Shown here in pieces: positions 15,232-19,027 of a DNA stretch of 19,027 nucleotides. The notes under the pieces are model-generated. The model did no database searches. It had not been told where the DNA came from and saw only the letters and a list, made by a program, of their open reading frames with translations. The position numbers were made by a program, and so were the translations under genes. This DNA is from an archaeon (GTDB taxonomy: Archaea > Iainarchaeota > Iainarchaeia > Iainarchaeales > 1-14-0-10-31-34), in assembly GCA_043815885.1 (NCBI GenBank), contig JBDRIL010000049.1, positions 1 through 19,027 on the forward strand. Direction: 5' to 3'. Within the stretch, counting starts at the first letter, position 1, and the number at the start of each line of letters is the position of its first letter.

Positions 15232-15341
15232 ATTGTGTGCTGTAGGCATACAATATTGTTTTTTGATAAAACTCCCAATTTGAGTAGAACTCAAATGGAC
15301 CCCTTTGAATCCTTAGATTCAAATAGGGTTTATTAAAAGTT

Positions 15342-16262
15342 TTATTCCTTGATTCTTTCCTTTATTTTAAGTAACTTGTAAATGGTTATCTTTACCCCGC
15401 TTCTTCTTGATTCCAGTATTTGTTCAAATATGAAGGGATACAGCAAACTAATCCATAAGCCTACACAGAATTTAATTATGAATTGGAATGGCATTCTCAT
15501 GTAGGGAAACATCAGGAGAGGAATGAATGCAATTCCTATTGCTCCTAATCCAATCACTTCTTTAATGATTAAATTTCTTCCTTTAAGATAGGTAGTCTGG
15601 TGTTTTGTTTCTTTTACTATAAAGAATCCGGCATAAAAGCCCAGAAACAGGGCTACATCTGCATAATCGCCTATTACAAATAACAGGATTAAGGTAACCA
15701 CAATTATTAGTACTAATATTAGTTCATCCTCTAATTCAGTTAACCTGAATTTCGCTTTTCTAAATCTTTTGTTTATTTTTACATTGATTCTTCCAACAAA
15801 GAACCCTAAAATGATTCCTCCAATTATGTCTGAAGGAAAATGCACTCCCAAGTAAAGCCTGCTGTATGCAACCAATAAAACTGCAGCAATTAATCCAATG
15901 GTTAGAATCATTGCTGTTCTCTTGTACAGATAACCAAATACCCCGCCAATTATTGCTGTATGTCCTGAGGGAAAGGAATAAGCAAGCTGTTCCTTCATTA
16001 GTACTCTGAAAACAGTTACTGACGGTCTTGCTCTAAGGAAAAAAAATTTAAGCATTCCAGCGCAAATAACTACAAATACAAGCAGATTCACTAAATGAAA
16101 TGCTTCCTTTTCTCTTCCACTCCAGTAAATTATTGCTGCAATTAACAGCCAGAATAAAGGGTCTCCAAGGTAAGTGACAGCCATCATTAGGCTATCTAAA
16201 AACGAATTAGAGTAAGACTGAATTAAGTGAAGGAATACATAATCATAGTAGCCACTGTACAT
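15342..16262 (-). CDS. PAP2 family membrane phosphatase
   Basis: K...RARP, SFPSGH and SRLYLGVHFPSDIIGG motifs; multiple TM segments. Confidence 0.92.
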   Translation of the reverse strand: MYSGYYDYVFLHLIQSYSNSFLDSLMMAVTYLGDPLFWLLIAAIIYWSGREKEAFHLVNLLVFVVICAGMLKFFFLRARPSVTVFRVLMKEQLAYSFPSGHTAIIGGVFGYLYKRTAMILTIGLIAAVLLVAYSRLYLGVHFPSDIIGGIILGFFVGRINVKINKRFRKAKFRLTELEDELILVLIIVVTLILLFVIGDYADVALFLGFYAGFFIVKETKHQTTYLKGRNLIIKEVIGLGAIGIAFIPLLMFPYMRMPFQFIIKFCVGLWISLLYPFIFEQILESRRSGVKITIYKLLKIKERIKE

Positions 16263-16299
16263 TTTGTGTCTCCTTTTAAAAAAAGCAGGAAGTAGTTAA

Positions 16300-16734
16300 T
16301 TAAGCTTTTGTTTTCTTTGTTTTTTTCATTCCAGGAATCGCTATTTCGCTGTAATCCATTCTTATCTTTAATTCCTTTAATGCCTTCCTTGTGGCATACA
16401 CTTTCAGGAATTCCCCTAATTCTTTTTTTTCATTCTTCTGTAATTCCGGTTTATCGCTTAATTCATTGATTACACTGCTTACTGCACGGGAGTTCACTGC
16501 ATGAATTGCTTCCCCCGGGGTTTTTCCAGAAGAAAGAACCTCATTCAATGCATTATCCACTCTCTCTAATTCCACTAATTCCCTCAGCTTTTCTTCCACT
16601 TTCCTGTCAATTCCAGTTCCCAATGAAGCAAGAAATTCCATTACTGTTTTCGGGTCAGTCTTTTCTGTTACCTTTAATTTCTTTATTGCAACCCATCCCT
16701 TGCAGTTCGCAATGAATTGAATTGATTCCTCCAC
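16300..16734 (-). CDS. Archaeal conserved protein, DUF2666-like
   Basis: IQFIANCKGWVAIKKLKVTEKT...FLAS N-terminal pattern, recalled from DUF2666; AGGTGG RBS, GTG start. Confidence 0.6.
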   Translation of the reverse strand: MEESIQFIANCKGWVAIKKLKVTEKTDPKTVMEFLASLGTGIDRKVEEKLRELVELERVDNALNEVLSSGKTPGEAIHAVNSRAVSSVINELSDKPELQKNEKKELGEFLKVYATRKALKELKIRMDYSEIAIPGMKKTKKTKA

Positions 16735-16870
16735 TTTAAAACCACCTTCTTCTGTTCAGTATTCTATTTAATCTTTTTAGGATTTATATGTTTTTCTACT
16801 GTAGAAGCTTTTTAAATCCTTTTTTCCGCTATATTTAGTAGAACCAAAATAAAAGTTAAAGGGGAGCTAT

Positions 16871-18358
16871 TTGCTTTTAAGAAAAACAACCTCTCTCTGT
16901 CCTGTCTGCATGAAGTTGCTTCCGGCAGAAGTGATAGAGGAAGACAATAAAGTCTTTATTCAAAGAAATTGCCCAGAACATGGAATACATAAAGAACTCT
17001 ATTGGAGTGATTCCTCTCTGTACAAGCAATTCCATGAGTATGGAAGGGATGGCATTAAACCAGAAAACCCTCAATTAAAGCCATCAAAAGGCTGTCCATG
17101 GGACTGCGGTTTATGTTCAGTGCATGAATCCCAGACACTTCTGGCAAACATTGATGTAACCAACAGATGCAATCTCAGGTGCTGGTATTGTTTTGCCAAT
17201 GCAGCATTAACTGGTTATGTGTATGAGCCTTCAGTTGAACAAATAGAGAAAATGATGGATGCTCTCAGAGCACAAAAACCTGTTCCCTGTCTGGCGGTAC
17301 AGTTGGCTGGGGGAGAACCACTCATAAGAAAAGACATAGTGGATTTAGTGAAGTTAGCAAAAAAGAAAGGATTTACTGCAGTATTGATTGCCACTAATGG
17401 GATAATGCTTGCACAAAAACCCGAATTAGCAAAGCAATTACTGGATGCAGGGGCAACCACAGTCTACCTGAAGATGAATGGCTTGACTCCTGAAACCAAT
17501 AACGAAAACCTTAAATTTATTCCAAAAATCATTGAGAACTGCAGGAAAGCAAAGTTAGGCATTGCTCTTGTTCCAACCGTAATCAATGGAGTTAATGACC
17601 ATGAATTGTTTGACATAATTAACTTTGCCTTAAAGAATATTGATGTGGTCAGGGCAGTTAACTTCCAGCCCATTTCTTTCACTGGAAGAATTAAAGACAA
17701 GATAAGGAATGAACAAAGAATCACTATCCCTGATTTAATTGATAGAATAGATAAACAATCCAAGGGATTAATCTACAGAGAAACCTTTTTTCCGATAACA
17801 ACTGTTTACCCGTTTTCTTCCCTTGCTGAAACAGTCACAGACAAGCCCCAGACATATTATTCCTCTCACCCTAACTGCGGTGCAGCAACCTATTTATTCA
17901 AAACCGATAACAGGGTGATTCCAATAACTAACTTCGTTGAAGTAAAAGAATTAATGAAGGTAATAGAGGAAATGGGCACTACAATAAAGGAAAACAAGGG
18001 ATTGATTGGAAAAGCCAAAGCAATTTCTTTATTGACTAAAGCATTCCAGAAACACGTTGACTTGAAGAAGAGCCCAAAAGGATTAAACCTTCCGGTTCTT
18101 TTAGCAAAAATAATTATTACCGGAAAATACAATGAATTAGCCAAATTCCACATGGCTTCACTCTTTATTGGAACAATGCACTTCATGGACAGATATAATT
18201 TTGATGTCTCCAGAGTAAGAAAGTGCGTCATCCATTACGCTGTTCCGGATGGAAGGGTCATTCCTTTCTGTGCATATAATTCCTGTGGCTACAGAGAAGA
18301 AATAGAAAAACTCTATGCTAAAGATTCTATCCCCTTAAATGAATTCAAGGAAGAATAA
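16871..18358 (+). CDS. tes: Tetraether lipid synthase-like radical SAM protein (Tes/GDGT-MAS, MJ0619 family)
   Basis: TTSLCPVC...CPEHG, CPWDCGLC..H, LANIDVTNRCNLRCWYCFANA...GYVYEPS, HPNCG, MHFMDRYNFD..RV.KC.IHY..PDGRVIPFCAYN; GGGGAG RBS, TTG start. Confidence 0.8.
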   Translation: MLLRKTTSLCPVCMKLLPAEVIEEDNKVFIQRNCPEHGIHKELYWSDSSLYKQFHEYGRDGIKPENPQLKPSKGCPWDCGLCSVHESQTLLANIDVTNRCNLRCWYCFANAALTGYVYEPSVEQIEKMMDALRAQKPVPCLAVQLAGGEPLIRKDIVDLVKLAKKKGFTAVLIATNGIMLAQKPELAKQLLDAGATTVYLKMNGLTPETNNENLKFIPKIIENCRKAKLGIALVPTVINGVNDHELFDIINFALKNIDVVRAVNFQPISFTGRIKDKIRNEQRITIPDLIDRIDKQSKGLIYRETFFPITTVYPFSSLAETVTDKPQTYYSSHPNCGAATYLFKTDNRVIPITNFVEVKELMKVIEEMGTTIKENKGLIGKAKAISLLTKAFQKHVDLKKSPKGLNLPVLLAKIIITGKYNELAKFHMASLFIGTMHFMDRYNFDVSRVRKCVIHYAVPDGRVIPFCAYNSCGYREEIEKLYAKDSIPLNEFKEE

Positions 18359-18365
18359 ACCGATT

Positions 18366-19027
18366 TTATATTACTGATAATGCAACTACTGCTAATAAAC
18401 TTAACAGTACTCCTGTAAGGAAAAGCATTGGCTTTCCTTTTTCTTTTCTTGGAAGCATGTCCCTGATTGAAATATAGAGCATTGAACCTATAGCAAAAGA
18501 AAATAAACCGTGATAGATTAAAATATGCGGATGAAGAAGTGTAGCGAATGCCACTCCAAAAAGAGGAGACAGAGGCAACAGAATCCCTGAAATGCTCTTC
18601 CTTTTAAAGTATGCGTCAATATGATTCAATGAAAGACTGCTTGAAAAAGTATGCAAAAGTAATGGAATAAAGATAAGGAATCCTGGAACAAGGCTTTCAT
18701 AACTGAAGACAAGGAATAAAGTGATTCCAACTACAAAGTGATTGAAGAAGAATCCAACAGCGTGAACTGATGCAAGGTCTTGCAGTAATTCATTCTTGTT
18801 TTTAATATGCTGATAGAGATATTTTTCCCCCAAATGAAACACCACGAAACCAGCAACCATCAAAATATAGACTAGTTCATTAAGATAGGCAGTTCCATTT
18901 ACTGCTTCAGGCAAAAGAACCAGGAAAATCAGTCCAAGAAACATTCCAGCTGAAAAAGAAATAGTGTGGGTATGGTATTTCTCAAAGTGCCTGCTGTATT
19001 CTTCCGAAAAAAAATGCACTAACACCA
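18366..19027 (-). CDS. ZIP family divalent metal transporter-like protein (5' end outside window)
   Basis: SFSAGMFLGLIFLVLLPEA, HLGEKY, His-containing TM segments and GSMLYISIRDMLP. Confidence 0.75.
   Translation of the reverse strand, partial: VLVHFFSEEYSRHFEKYHTHTISFSAGMFLGLIFLVLLPEAVNGTAYLNELVYILMVAGFVVFHLGEKYLYQHIKNKNELLQDLASVHAVGFFFNHFVVGITLFLVFSYESLVPGFLIFIPLLLHTFSSSLSLNHIDAYFKRKSISGILLPLSPLFGVAFATLLHPHILIYHGLFSFAIGSMLYISIRDMLPRKEKGKPMLFLTGVLLSLLAVVALSVI

Noticed and set aside
15004..15336. ORFs 15004..15294 (-) and 15154..15336 (+)
   Set aside because: They overlap the tRNA exon, leader and promoter; the shared VVHWRKPTVAV peptide just reflects the DNA repeat.
693..18231. Numerous 60-125 aa shadow ORFs (e.g. 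693..935, 1389..1652, 6493..6693, 8274..8579, 9145..9387, 13852..14229, 17215..18231)
   Set aside because: Antisense or off-frame within well-supported genes, with no motifs or RBS.

Overview
AT-rich archaeal DNA. Archaeal-type GGAGG/GGTGA ribosome-binding sites, a C1-G72 tRNA-Tyr, tandem-Lrp and Tes-like genes suggest a DPANN-like lineage; this is inference only. The centre is an ~11.4 kb integrated element (3521..14902) bounded by an exact 26-bp direct repeat matching the 3' end of an intron-containing tRNA-Tyr(GTA) (14884..15119, minus strand, 164-nt intron). Its tyrosine integrase appears split by the att site (SSV1-type): a short N-terminal piece with a strong RBS at 3595 reads in frame through the att core into the far end of the element, and a 1-nt frameshift sits near 14811. 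The element carries a divergent switch (wHTH regulator versus an Sm/Hfq-like, Zn-finger, wHTH and HTH-fused terminase large subunit operon) but no recognisable portal or capsid gene. Its cargo is a B12-dependent radical SAM enzyme preceded by an unannotated 34-aa peptide, a tandem Lrp, a four-helix-bundle protein, a DUF3800 protein and membrane proteins. Left flank: DUF134, DUF5320, a SAM methyltransferase, DUF6498 and a MazF-type toxin-antitoxin pair. Right flank: a PAP2 phosphatase, DUF2666, a tetraether-synthase-like radical SAM enzyme and a ZIP transporter. All family calls come from motif recognition by eye, not database searches.
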